A DNA stretch of 63,435 nucleotides, the filler included, from Klebsormidium nitens (Eukaryota; Plantae; Klebsormidiophyceae): NCBI GenBank assembly GCA_000708835.1. It is 5 parts of 5 records of this genome, joined end to end, with 100 filler letters (N's around TTAATTAATTAA, not from the genome) between each part and the next. Parts side by side here need not be neighbours in the genome. Positions count along the whole stretch, not along the records: positions 1 to 14,966 come from DF238025.1; positions 15,067 to 39,337 come from DF237868.1; 3 more parts are not named here. One strand, given 5' to 3'. Below the pieces are notes generated by a model. It ran no database searches and was not told the origin of the DNA. It worked only from the letters and a program-made list of their open reading frames with translations. The translations under genes and the position numbers were made by a program. The first letter of the stretch is position 1; each line of letters starts with the position of its first letter. This document shows positions 1 to 15,067 of the stretch, one piece after another.

Positions 1-726
1 GGTTAGAGAATCGGCATCGCTGTGCCAGACCGTCTCAGAGTAAAGAATCGACGGTTCACGTTCGATTAGACTACACTACCGTGTATGTCTAGATCGATAC
101 ATCTTAGATCGGACGGTAAGAGTTCCCAGGAGAAAGGCACAATGTTCACGAAGTCCCTGACAGCAGAATCATGACCAAGTGGCAAAATATTGGAGGGTTC
201 TTGATCACATGGTCTTTCATGTGAGATGGCAAGCCACTTGGCGGACTCTTTCCCCTGATATGACATCAAAATTGCGTCACCGCCTTATCCTGTTCACCTC
301 ATCCTCAGATTCTACAGTACCTATATAGGTAAGGCTATACCTTTTCTCAACGTGAGTGATCCATCATGCAGCGCAGCCAGCTGCTGCTGCCAGCAAGCAG
401 TCACTCACGTTTCGCAGGCTAGAATCGCCGCTAGATACCTACGTTCCGTCCAGCAGCTAGAAAATATGTTGCTGTACGTAGTGAGGATTGCGTCTGAACT
501 CGGGATCCTGGAGAGGCTGTGGCCAGGCCGCGTGGTTTGCAGCTTTTCGCTAGTCCTTACCGGAGTTGCCGACTGTGTCGGTGCATCTGCTCCCAGGAAA
601 ACCGCCAACTGATATGAGGTGGTTGTCCTTGGTGCCTATTAGCTTTGGTTCCTATTGCCTTACCGTACAGCAGCAGTCCATCAACAACCCAGATCGCGGA
701 GCGGCTTGGTGACGAAACCAGCTACC

Positions 727-3132
727 ATGAACTCCGTTCCCATTGCTTCTGCCACCCCTGACCCGCGGGCCAGGGCCCCTTACGGCTCCTCTCAAACGGT
801 GGAGAGCAGCATGTACAGTGTGGATGCGCGCCCTGCCGTGGGGGCTGCGGGCATGCCGGCAGCCAGCTCTGCTCGCGCTGCAGCTGATGATGTGGACCAC
901 CGCAGGAGCGACCTCGCAGACCCTGCAGCACTGGGCCTGGCTGCCTTTGCAGCCACCACCTTTGTCCTCAGGTAGGCTGCGCAGCCTGGCTCTTCCTTGG
1001 TACACCGCATGCAGAGCTCAGACGCTACGTCTGAATGTTGTTGCAAGTCGAGTTGCAGGGTTGCAGGGTCGATGGTTTTGCCTGCCTCCTATGAATGCAC
1101 CTCATGCAAACAGGTTGACCCCACTGGCAGGCAGGCGGCTGTCGAGGTGGAAGCCATCTCACAGCACTTGCTGGTTTGTTTGCAGCGCACACAATGCAGG
1201 CTGGGCGCCGGACCTGGCTTGGGTGGGGCTCGCTCTCTTCTACGGTGGCCTTGCTCAACTGCTGGCAGGTATGACCCAGGGACGGCTCTCCTCATGGAAG
1301 GTCCTGACAGCCATCATGGGGCTTCCGTTGGTGCTGCCAAGTCAAGGTCGGAAGCTTGAGTTGGTGTGGCCTCCCCCTGCTGACAGCCCCAGTGTGCCGT
1401 GGTATTTTGCGACTCACCCCCACTCTGATGCGCTGCACGCAGGCATGTGGGACTTCCGCAACAACAACACGTTTGGCGCCACCGCCTTCAGCACATATGG
1501 TGCCTTTTGGTTCTCCCTGGCGTCCTTCATCCTTTTCGTTGAGCTGGGCGTCTTTCCTGCCTCCCTCGACGTCAGCGAAGGCCTGGGCTGGTTCCTGGTG
1601 GCCTTCTTCATTTTTGTAAGCCCCTCACCCCTCTTCTCACGCATGCTTCATCTCGTCACCCCAGAGCGTCCAGCTAGCAGGGGTTCCATGCATACGGAGT
1701 GCCGCTGCTCTATGGGGGTCTGCGTTCTCGTTCGACTGTATTCAGATGAGAGTGTTTTCTGTCCTGTGCTGTGTGCCTCACCTGGAATAAAGCCTTGGGT
1801 GGGCGGCTCGATCTAGTAGCACATCCATGACAGGCTGACCTTAACGCTGGCTTGGTGCTGGTGGGTTTGCAGAACACATACGCCATGCTGGGCAGCTTGT
1901 TTTTGGCCAAGGCCACGCTGGCAGTGTTTGTCACCCTGGAGGTCACGCTGCTCCTGCTCTTCGTGGGTGAGCATACCCGGCTGGGCACTTAGACCATGGC
2001 AATGCCAGCATCAGATTTTCAACCTCAGCTGCTGAGCTGAATTCTGTTCCAACCGTATCGAAGTAGCCATACCAGGAAGCATTGTCGGACTGTCAGTGAA
2101 GCATTGAGCTTGTGTAGAGGATTGCATGGATCCAGGAGCAAGTAACTCCCTCTGCTCTGAGCATTTGCTTAGGAGGTTCCACAGTCCAGTGAAGGGTTGA
2201 AGTTACTTTCGCCCATGCGTTTGTTTTGCTCGTTATGCAGGCTTCTTCAAGGACAATACCGCGGGCGTGGGCTGGACCGCAGTGGGTGGCTACTTTGGCG
2301 TAGTCACCGCAGTGTGTGCCTGGTACAACAGGTCAGGCACTTACCATTGCTGCACGGGCTTGCCAGTCTCTCCTTTATACCTCAAAGCGGGCCTATCGAA
2401 CAGCATATGCATCATGCTTAATCACCAATGTGTTCAGACAGTATATGGCACACTTTGAACCTTGGCAGGGAGTAAACGATATCAAGCCTGCAAATCAGAA
2501 TCATCTTTCGTGCCATTTGCTTTGGTTTAATTTTAGCAGGATATTCTCAGTGCTTTCGGGTCATGTGGACTAGATAGATTGAAAGGAAAGGAAGAAGGCA
2601 AATGTACGAATGAGGCCAACTATCGGTAGTGATTTGATCTGCTTCTCTTGCAGTGCTGCTGTTCTGATCAATCGCGCAGCAACCGTCCACTTTATGCCTG
2701 TCGGTGAGTTCTGCTGGAGTGCCAGCACTCGTAAGCTTGTTCCGGCTCGTTATGTCTGTTTGGGACGTCCTTCCCCAAGCTTATTGCAGACAGCTTGCTT
2801 GACGGATCCTCAGGAAGATGTCTCTTGTAGATGCACTTCATTTGTTGTTTGCGTTTGTTAAGTGAACGTTATGGAGTTCGTGCTTCGGAAAGGTCGAATT
2901 AAATAGCGGCTTGGCAGTTTAGCCTTTCCTTTGTAATGCACGGGTTTGTTGTACGATGGCTTGGGTCGACTTGGTTCTCCGCCTGATATTCTCGTTGAGA
3001 TCACGTGTGATTTCTCTTCTAGGTGCCCCGGTGGTCGACAAGGAGAAGCTGCGCGCGTGGCATTCGCGCCGGAAGAATGTTCCCTCGGTTGACGATACTT
3101 ACACCAGCGACAAGAGAGACTCCTCCGTTTAG
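727..3132 (+). CDS. GPR1/FUN34/YaaH (SatP/Ato-like) acetate uptake transporter, 7 exons
   Basis: Exons 727-971, 1186-1268, 1443-1615, 1873-1966, 2241-2331, 2654-2703 and 3023-3132 splice in frame with GT-AG ends. They give the family motifs [53 protein letters not shown] and GGYFGVVTAVCAWY, and end in TAG at 3130-3132. Confidence 0.9.
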
Positions 3133-4684
3133 GAGAGGACGAGTTGCCCAAGTTAAGAACGAGGGGAACCGGCGTTGGATCCAACGGTTGCAATCAAAAT
3201 TTAGTGCCATCCACAGGCATCGAGTAAATCGGTTTGCCGTAGATTCTTGACCGGGTCGTTGGATGCTATAAGCAGCGTGGGTTGCTTGTGAGAGGGTGTC
3301 GTGTTGACCAACACTTGCAACCTATCACGACCTGTACAAAAGGTATGTATGCGTAAGTAAAGCTGCAGCAGTTACGGGAAAGTTGACAGTCTGTTGGATA
3401 TTAAAGAAAAATTTTGCTTCTTAGTATTAGGGGAGAGAGCCTAGAAAAGGTAGATAGAAGGTTGGGTTGCATGTGTATGGATGTGGAGATGAGCTGCAAG
3501 GGGGACAACCGGCCGTCCGAGGAGGGCTCACAACTGTCCCTTCCTCGAAAGCTTGAAAGGACGTTCGACCTTACTAGCTAGCTAGTTGAAGTCAGTAAAT
3601 TGTGCTCGCACAACTTAGATGTTTCGATCTTTGGAGAGGCAATTTAGATCTGAGAGGTTTCCGAGCAATTATATGATAGTGAGCCTAGTTGGACGGTCAT
3701 GGGTATGCTTGTAAAGTTTTGAAAGTCCATTCAGACGGTGGGCAAGAGACTTGGCTGATCATTCATAGGGTGTATCGATCACGTGCCAGGTCGTTTTCGA
3801 TGAGATTGAATTGTGAGTTCGTTGACTAGCGTGCACCGTCATGGGTCTGTTCATTTTGAAAGAAACAGGCCCGGCCTGAGCCACTATCGGCAAGTTCGCC
3901 ATATGCATCCGCGTGTATATGGTTGGGCTGGCTGATTCCATTCAAATTCTTGCATGTGTATGCATGGAGATCATCATGTGCTGCGGCCGCATGCATGCAT
4001 ACTAATCTGCGAACAAATATTCTTAAACAGTGGCATGCTATAGCTAGGAACGTACGTGCCGAATCATGCTGCATGCGACCATGCAAGATGGCTATCTTTT
4101 GACGATTTCAAGGCGTTGCCTGCCACTAGGTGCTTCAGCTGGCTTGTCACTGTGCACGGTCGGAGATCATTACCGTATAAGCGCCAGACATGATCGATCA
4201 TGGATGCAAGGGGCGTAATTAATTTAGACCGATCAAACGTATCAGACCACGAGTCACGTTCAGCCTCGGTTTACTTTTGTCGCACACGTAGTGCGGACCA
4301 CATGGTATATATGTAGCACGCTTCCATCTTGTGTTTCAATCATTGACCGCAACCAGAAATGCTATTGAGGTCAATTCTAAACCGACCGATCAGTCACTGA
4401 CAGGTTGTGTGACAAAACATCTGTTACTGTTTCCGAGCGCTACCTAGTATTTTCAAACGAGTTGATAGTCCTCGTTCAAAAGGGAAGAAACATTTGGACA
4501 GGCAATGCTCCACAACCCGAAATTAAATCAGGGCCCCCAGGCAAGGGCCAATTTACCAACTCGAACTTGAACGTAAAAGCTCCATATCTTTACTATTTAC
4601 ACAACGACGACCAGAGACTGCAATCAGGTACCGTGAGCATGCTGGATAGTTCAGGTCAACTCATTCAAGGAGAACCGCTCCGTC

Positions 4685-7600
4685 CTACTTCGCTTGTTCT
4701 GCTATTGCATCGAAATCCTGGGTTTCGGCGGAGAACCATATGTTCCACACCAGGGCTCCGGTTAGTTGGAAGAAAATGGAGGGAAAGAAGAGAGCCAACT
4801 GCGGAGCAAGAGAGAGAAGCACGATCAGATATGCTCTTCTGATCGGCAGAACGAAGAAGCGGGAGGGGAGCATTGCTGAGCTCAAGCGGCACTTGAGGAG
4901 AGGTCCTCCTGATCGCTGCACTCGCGCGAGCTGACCCGCCCTGCATCCGTCGCGGGTCCCCCGTCTTACCTTCCACGAGTCGGTCTGATCAAAGATGATG
5001 CCGGTGAGCGCCACCCCGACAATGCCCGGGACTGCGCCCACCGTGTTGGTGATGCCCTGCAAAACCACCCCAAAGAAACGACGCAGTCAGCCTCCCCTGA
5101 TCAGCCTCCACGCAGTGACATGCGTTTGTTCTTCGACGGGCCGCAGAGCCAGGCCGGCAGGGGGCAAGGCGCGCGGCGTGCGGGAGGCTCACCAGGAGGA
5201 CGGAGGCGTACTTGGGCGAGATGTCCTGGTGCGTGCAGTACAGGCCCGAGAGCGCAAAGCTGCCGAGGGACAGGCCCGCCGTCAGCACCGCAATGACCGC
5301 CCACGAGGGCAGGCCCGGGTTCAGCGACGTGGTCAGCATGCACGTGGCAGGGCCCAGGAAGGCGATCGTCTGGCACAGCTTGCGGACCTGCACGTCAAGG
5401 GGAGGAGAGAGTCAGAGCGACCGGAGCGACCGCATTGCAAGGGGGCCTTCGAAGTCCAGGCATCGGGCATCAACGCATGGCGACGCCTCGATACACAGTG
5501 AGGGCTTGAGCCCCGCAGCGCTTGGTGCGAGAGGTAGGCCAGAGTTGGGACTGCAGGGCGGACCTGCGTGACCGGCGTGCCGGCGGCGATGAGGCCGTCC
5601 GCCCAGGGGGCCGCCACGCTGGACATGACCACGGAGGCGAGGGGCGGCAAAATAGACACCTGCGCGCACGCAGCAGCAGCACCACACGTGAGGCACGCGC
5701 GCCAACGGGGGCCACAAGTTGGGGGCCAATGACTGCCCCAGCAATGACTGCAGCACGCACAGTGTGGCGGCACAGCGTGGGGGTCGCGAGGGGGGGGCGT
5801 GCGCTCACGAGGGCTGCGTGCGTGAGGTCGAGGTGGAGGACCTCGCTGAAGTAGGTGGGCAGCCACGCGAGCAGCGTGAAGTGGCCCCAGTTGCCGGCGA
5901 AGTGCACGTACATCATGGACCACAGCGGGGGGCGCGCAAAGAAGGCGCGCCACGGCACGGCCTGCAACCACCCAAGGATGCGCGCGATCAGTGCCAGTGC
6001 GCAGCGACAGCCAGGCTCGTGCAGCCGGGGACGGGCAAGCGGTGCGTGGCACGCTACCCGCTGGGTGCAGCAGGACACACACGGTCGCCAAGGAGGGGCC
6101 ACTGAGACGGCGGAAGAGCTGCGCCCCTCAACAAACAGAGAGCCGTCTAAGGGGAGGACCGACTAACGAGTGGAAAGGCTCAGTGGCGGCAAGCAGGCTG
6201 TCAAACTAGCCTGCCACGGCCAGGCCTGCGAGCAAGAGGACGATTGATACTAATCCTATTTTTCTAATAAAAAGGGGTAATAGAAGGGTATGAGAAGACG
6301 TAGGCGGGAAAGTAAGTACCCTCGGATCCAAACGGCGTATCTGCTCCAAACGTGACCGGGCTAAGAACCCGTTCCAACAGAGAGCAACTTTCGTGTAAAT
6401 CGACTCCGCATGAACGACTTGACAGGTGGGCAGCCCGCCCAGTGACCCAATATAGCGGTGGAGAGGGGTCTGAAATTCCACCGGCATAAGTCAACACAAT
6501 GATTGGCACTTTGAATGCGACTGCTGTCTTCCTTCCCTGTGCTCCAGGTACAGAAGACAAGGCGGAACCACGGGCAAGCCCTGGGTGGTCGGTGCCCTGT
6601 GGACCTGTCGGGTTTCGTGTTGTGGAGGCCCCACCTTCCCATCGGGGCTGGTGAACGAGGCCCCCCCGTGGCCAGCGGCCCCATGCTGCGCGTGGCTGTC
6701 TTTGTCGGAGTCGGAGTCGCTGCCGCTGGTGCTGGCCTCCAGCTCCTGCCGCTCCCGCTCGATCTCCGCTGCGGTCGCCTCCCCAAGAGCGGCCACGCGT
6801 CGCCGCAGGCTGCGTAAAGACCCGCGCACGCCGTTGTCGGATTTGCCTGCACCAGCGCCACTTCTGCTCGTCAGCGAAGCCCACACTCGACGGACGTCAG
6901 AGCCTAGTCTTGTTGCCACAAGGTGTCACGATAAGATATGCCCACAGAAAAAGAAGAGGCCGCAGCCGCTCGCATCCTTCGCCTCTCAACTGCCCCTTGC
7001 CAAGCAGGCAGTGCGCACCTGATTCGGATGCAGAGATGGGGTCGGCAGGCAGCACGGGCTGCTGTTTGTTAAAGGCGTAGCACCAGACAATGCCTGCCGC
7101 GCCGAAGAGGTAAAACACCGACTCCCAGCCCAGCGACTCAATCAGGGCGGGGGCCACCAGGAGCCTGCACGGAGGAAGGGGGCCGCTTGGTAATGAGGAA
7201 CAGCGGCTGGTCACGTTGCTAAGAGGTTTCTGCAGGCTACCCGAGCTGCTCTTCAAGCCCTCTTTGCTGATCGCCGTTTGCACTCATTTGCAGCCCACAG
7301 GCAGCCGTAGTAAGACATTGTGGCGTCGCGAAGGATCTGCCAGCCTGTGACTCCCACAAGAATGATTTGGGCAGAGAACACGCCGCTACAGCAGGGGCCA
7401 TCCCCCTTCTCACTGGAGGGGCCTTCCCCCGACAATGTGGCCTCACCCAGCAACGCTACCCACGTTGAGGCCACCAAACACGGTAGCCACTGCGCGGGCC
7501 CTCTCCCCTGGGGGCACCGTCTTGGCCACCAGGTCCGTTGCAGCCGGTGGCGACACCCCCTCCCCCAGGCCAACCTGCAGCGCGCCCCGCAGTCAGCATA

Positions 7601-9062
7601 TCAGCGGCCAGAGCACAGAAGCCGCCTGGGAGAGGTGAGTTGTCTGCGTTTGAAAGTTTGATTGCGCAATGGCGAGTCCCCCAAAAGTGCAACCTTTCAG
7701 GAGAGTTCAAAATCCTTCACAGGTCTCACTCTTGCCTTGACCAATCCCCAGCTTTCCAAGTGTAGTAACCAAGCGAAAGCAGTCAGGGAAGCACCCCGCA
7801 GCTTGCGGAGCCCCGCAAATGTCCTGAAGCATGTTCTGAGCTGTTCTGCTCACGAGGAGGCGGCAGAGGTAGAGGCCAGGGAGGAAGCCCACGGTGAGCG
7901 GCACGAGCGCAGTGGCCAGACTCCACACAAACACCCCGCCCGCCAGCACGCGCCTGCACCAGCGCACCCACCCACTCGTCACGGCACAACTGGCGCACCG
8001 GCTAGCAGAGCCCAGGGGCAACCCAATGATGGCTGTGGGGCACACACTGAATGGTGACGGGCCAACGGAGATGGGCCACTGGGCCATGACAAAGACACAG
8101 AGATAGCGAGCATCGGCCGCTGCTCGTCTGATTGAGCTGCATTCGCGGGTGAGGCATTGGTGTGGGCCTCACTTGCCCGTGAGGCGCGCTGCGAGCCAGC
8201 CGCCCGGCATCTGGCTCAGCGCATAGCCCCAGAAGAAGGAGCTCTGCACCAGGCCGGCAGTGGTGGCGCTCCACGAGTACTGGTGGCTCATGGGGACGAT
8301 GGCCACGCTCATGTTCACCTGCATGCACACACGCAGCCACCCGTGTCACACACGCACGCCCCCCCTGCCACCACCACAGCCCCTCTGCCCCTGCCCACCA
8401 ATGCAGCCATGGACACACTGGGAGCGCGGCCGCAACCCTGGGGGCCTCACTTTGTCCATGTTGCAGATGACGAAGGCCAGACTCGTCATGAGCACCGTCT
8501 TGTAGCGCTCCGGTAGGCTGTCCAAAGACTGCGTCACCGCTGCCCACCGCAGCTTTGGCTCCTCCTCTGCTGGGCCGATGTGCTGCTCCGAGGGGCCCAG
8601 CCCTGGCTTGGCAGCCTCCCCCGCCTCAGACCGCTTGTCGGCCACTCCTGCTTGGCCCCCTGACGGCCGGCCTCCTCTGGCCACCACCCAGCGCGCAGCA
8701 TTCTGATCCCGCTGTGGAACCAATGGAGCACGTAGAAGGAAGCCAGGGTGCAAGGCAGGTTGACAACCATGTGGCCGATTGGTGTCAAAGAGGGTTCGTG
8801 CGCGGAGTATCTGTGAACCTCTTGCAAGCTTCTGATCGGCCTGAAGGCTTTGCCGCGAACCCCCACTCAGAGCGCGAGCAGAACAGCCAGCCCTTGCCAG
8901 CACGACTGCCATTGATCAAGCTTTCCTCCAACCCACAAGCAATTCACCCTACCTTCCGAGCTGCCTTCAGGCCTCAGGCTCACGCCGCCCCCTCCGGCTG
9001 GAACTGCTGCCAGTGGGTCTGGGAGCATACGATGTCCATGCAGGGACCAGGGTACGTCCCAT
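4685..9062 (-). CDS. PHT4;5: PHT4/ANTR family (MFS, SLC17-like) anion/phosphate transporter, closest to plant plastid PHT4;5 (ANTR6); multi-exon, start codon uncertain
   Basis: Exon peptides ERYKTVLMTSLAFVICNMDKV, VQSSFFWGYALSQMPGGWL, VGLGEGVSPPAATDLVAK, WESVFYLFG, VPWRAFF..HFAGNWGHFTLLAWLPTYFSE, VRKLCQTIAFLGPA, FALSGLYCTHQDISPKYASVLLGITNTVGAVPGIVGVALTG and LFFPSIFFQLTG follow the order I recall for Arabidopsis PHT4;5. Stop codon at 4685-4687. Confidence 0.88.
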
Positions 9063-12543
<3,481 letters not shown>

Positions 12544-13897
12544 CCCGCACCGCATGCTAGGTAGGCCGCGGCAGCAAACGGGGTAAACTGATGTGTTCAG
12601 CACTGAGCAGAGGGCAATGAAAGGTACGGGTAAATTTGTCAACAAATAAAGCGGAGCCAACCAATGCTCGTGAGGTGAGGTGATCTCTGTTCTTACATAC
12701 ATTCTTTGTTGGCAAGGAACGGAAAGGGCCCGAGAGCTTCGGGAGTATTTGATTGGACTGGAAGTGGTTGAATTGCTTTGAGAGTGGGTTCCGAGAGTTT
12801 CGACGTCAGAACCATCGTTTCGCAAGTGTTGCAGAGGATTAATAAACTAAGCGAAAAACCAAGTATTTGTACAGACCGTTGCAAAATATCGATCGGTAGA
12901 TCCGGTGTACCGATGAACTGCGGCTTTGACATGTATACTTGATCACGAAGGTCAATCGTAATGCACTATTTTGCTCGGAACTGTCCAGGGGCTGTCCAAG
13001 CCCGGCCTGCTTGTTCGGCAGTTGCAATTTAGATTCAACGATACTTGTCATGGTATATTTGTCGAATTAGCAAAGCTTCCGACTCATTCAAACACGAGTA
13101 CCGTCCGTACGTCTGTACCATACGAACGCGTTATGAAAACAAGCCTTGGGCTGGCCGTATACAAGGTAACCTCATACTAGTCTTCTGTGCATCAGATCTG
13201 ACCAGTCGGACGTTATACCATGGGTCAACGTACTAGATTGGTTAATTGGAGAGATTACGTAAAAGACGCGCCGGCGCACGCTTGACTTATCGACGGAAAG
13301 TATGCATGTATAGTCGGATCTATGTTCGAGCGGCCCATGTGCAGGGTACGCTTCTAGGAGTGACCGCGGCGCGGCCATATGATCATGATCGATCATGATC
13401 ATATGTATTTGGCCATGCGCGCCGTGGCGCACGCATGGTGAAGTGAGCGCGGACGAGAGCATTGTCATGCGACAATCAACAAATACCACTTGACGAAGCT
13501 AAGTTCTCATGCCAGTCCGCTGGCAGCGCCGCCCCCATTAGACTCATTAGCAACATGGACACTTATAGAAGCGCGCGGCCATTTTCAATATGCAAGATCG
13601 ATCATACTAGACTTCTGACATTGCCGCAGCCTACCTTGCTGTCATCCCGCAATTAACTGCGCGTTGACCATGTCATGCGATATAGGCTCGGCATTTGATT
13701 GGGCTCGGTAACTAGAGCGGAACATGTTCATTGGCAAAACGTTAAACGGGGTTTAAACTACATGATGCGTTGTATAGTTGTATGCATTATATGAATGGAA
13801 GTCGTAGTGATGCATTATCAGGGTCGCTGGGTTTTCCAGCTAATTTGAAAAGATGGCAAGGATGAGTTATATGAAGCAATGAACAAGCTGAAATTAA

Positions 13898-14175
13898 GGC
13901 CTATCCTGGACCCGGAGGTTGCCAGAGTTGCCCGCGACGTCGCGCGACTTTCTGCGATTCTTCGCGACTTTACGCGACTGCTCCGCGACTTTGTTTCGCG
14001 ATCTTCGCGACTTTCACCAAAACCTCACTAAGCTTTCAAGGAAACATGTTTTCAAACAAGTTTTGGGTTTAGATGCTTGCAATGCTCCGCACGTTACGCG
14101 ACTTTTCGCGTCTTTCCGCGACTTTCGTCCGCGACTTTCACCGCGACTCTGCGACCTCCGAGTCCAGGATAGGCC
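13898..14175. mobile_element. Tourist-like (PIF/Harbinger) MITE, 278 bp
   Basis: TIRs of about 30 bp (GGCCTATCCTGGACCCGGAGGT.. / ..ACCTCCGAGTCCAGGATAGGCC) are flanked by a TAA target duplication (13895-13897 and 14176-14178). The interior is non-coding with many CGCGAC(T) copies. Confidence 0.8.
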
Positions 14176-15067
14176 TAAATTAGAGGTGGCGTGCTAACAT
14201 TCAAGGCAATCCTTGCAACACCCGCATTGCATGACCAACCTTGAGGCTCCGCACAGTGGCCGTCGCTCGTCGCCAAGAAGTCCGATTTGGAAGATCAGAT
14301 GGATAGCTCGAACATTAGCAAACGACAGCATCAAGCACATGACACGTACTGATTGGATGAGGCGTCTCCGGAAGCATGGGACATGATGATGTGAAACAAG
14401 TAGGTAATGCTGAAGGTCATAAAGCCTACTGAATCACCATCGCGTCAGTATAGTACTGTTGCTAACGGTCTCCGTATGGTTCGCCTTTTCCGACAGTGTT
14501 GTTGTCTGAGTCCGGTTCGATGGTACTGCTAATAGACGCGAGTGCACTCGTAAGCTGGGTTCAAGAACGCTCGAGGCGCTTGGACGCTGGGTTGAACGCT
14601 CAAGGCGCTCGGATGCCGGTTGAATACGGGGTCCGGTTGCGGTGGATGTTGATAACTTGTCTTAATGAAAGTCGAATTGGAAATGGCGATGCCAATTGAC
14701 TTAACTGAGCCCCCGCTCGAGAAGGCCTGCGGGTTGGTAGAACAGCCCCTACGGACTCTACGGCTTGGCAGGCCAAGATGGGCTGCCATAAGGGTAGGCG
14801 ACGTCGACCATGGTGCCCATAATCTCCAATACCACACTGATCAGAACAACCCAGGTAACTGCAATGCTTGCAACAGGGAAGCTGGGAAGCCTCCTATTGT
14901 ATGGAACCCGAATGACATCTGGCGTCCCGTTCAGTGCACAGGCTGACAGTGTGACGGCGGGGCTAGNNNNNNNNNNNNNNNNNNNNNNNNNNNNNNNNNN
15001 NNNNNNNNNNTTAATTAATTAANNNNNNNNNNNNNNNNNNNNNNNNNNNNNNNNNNNNNNNNNNNNG

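Noticed and set aside
4405-4842. 145-codon plus-strand ORF overlapping the PHT4;5 3' end
   Set aside because: No ATG start, no motifs, and antisense to a real exon.
6207-6510. AT-richer intronic stretch ending in a hairpin plus CTAG on the minus strand (Helitron-like end)
   Set aside because: The stem is only 5 bp and abuts the CTAG, there is no definable 5' TC end, and no second copy is present in the window.
15011-15022. Palindromic TTAATTAATTAA embedded in Ns (also at about 39382, 52883 and 60980)
   Set aside because: An identical six-frame-stop linker in the middle of gaps is an assembly artifact.
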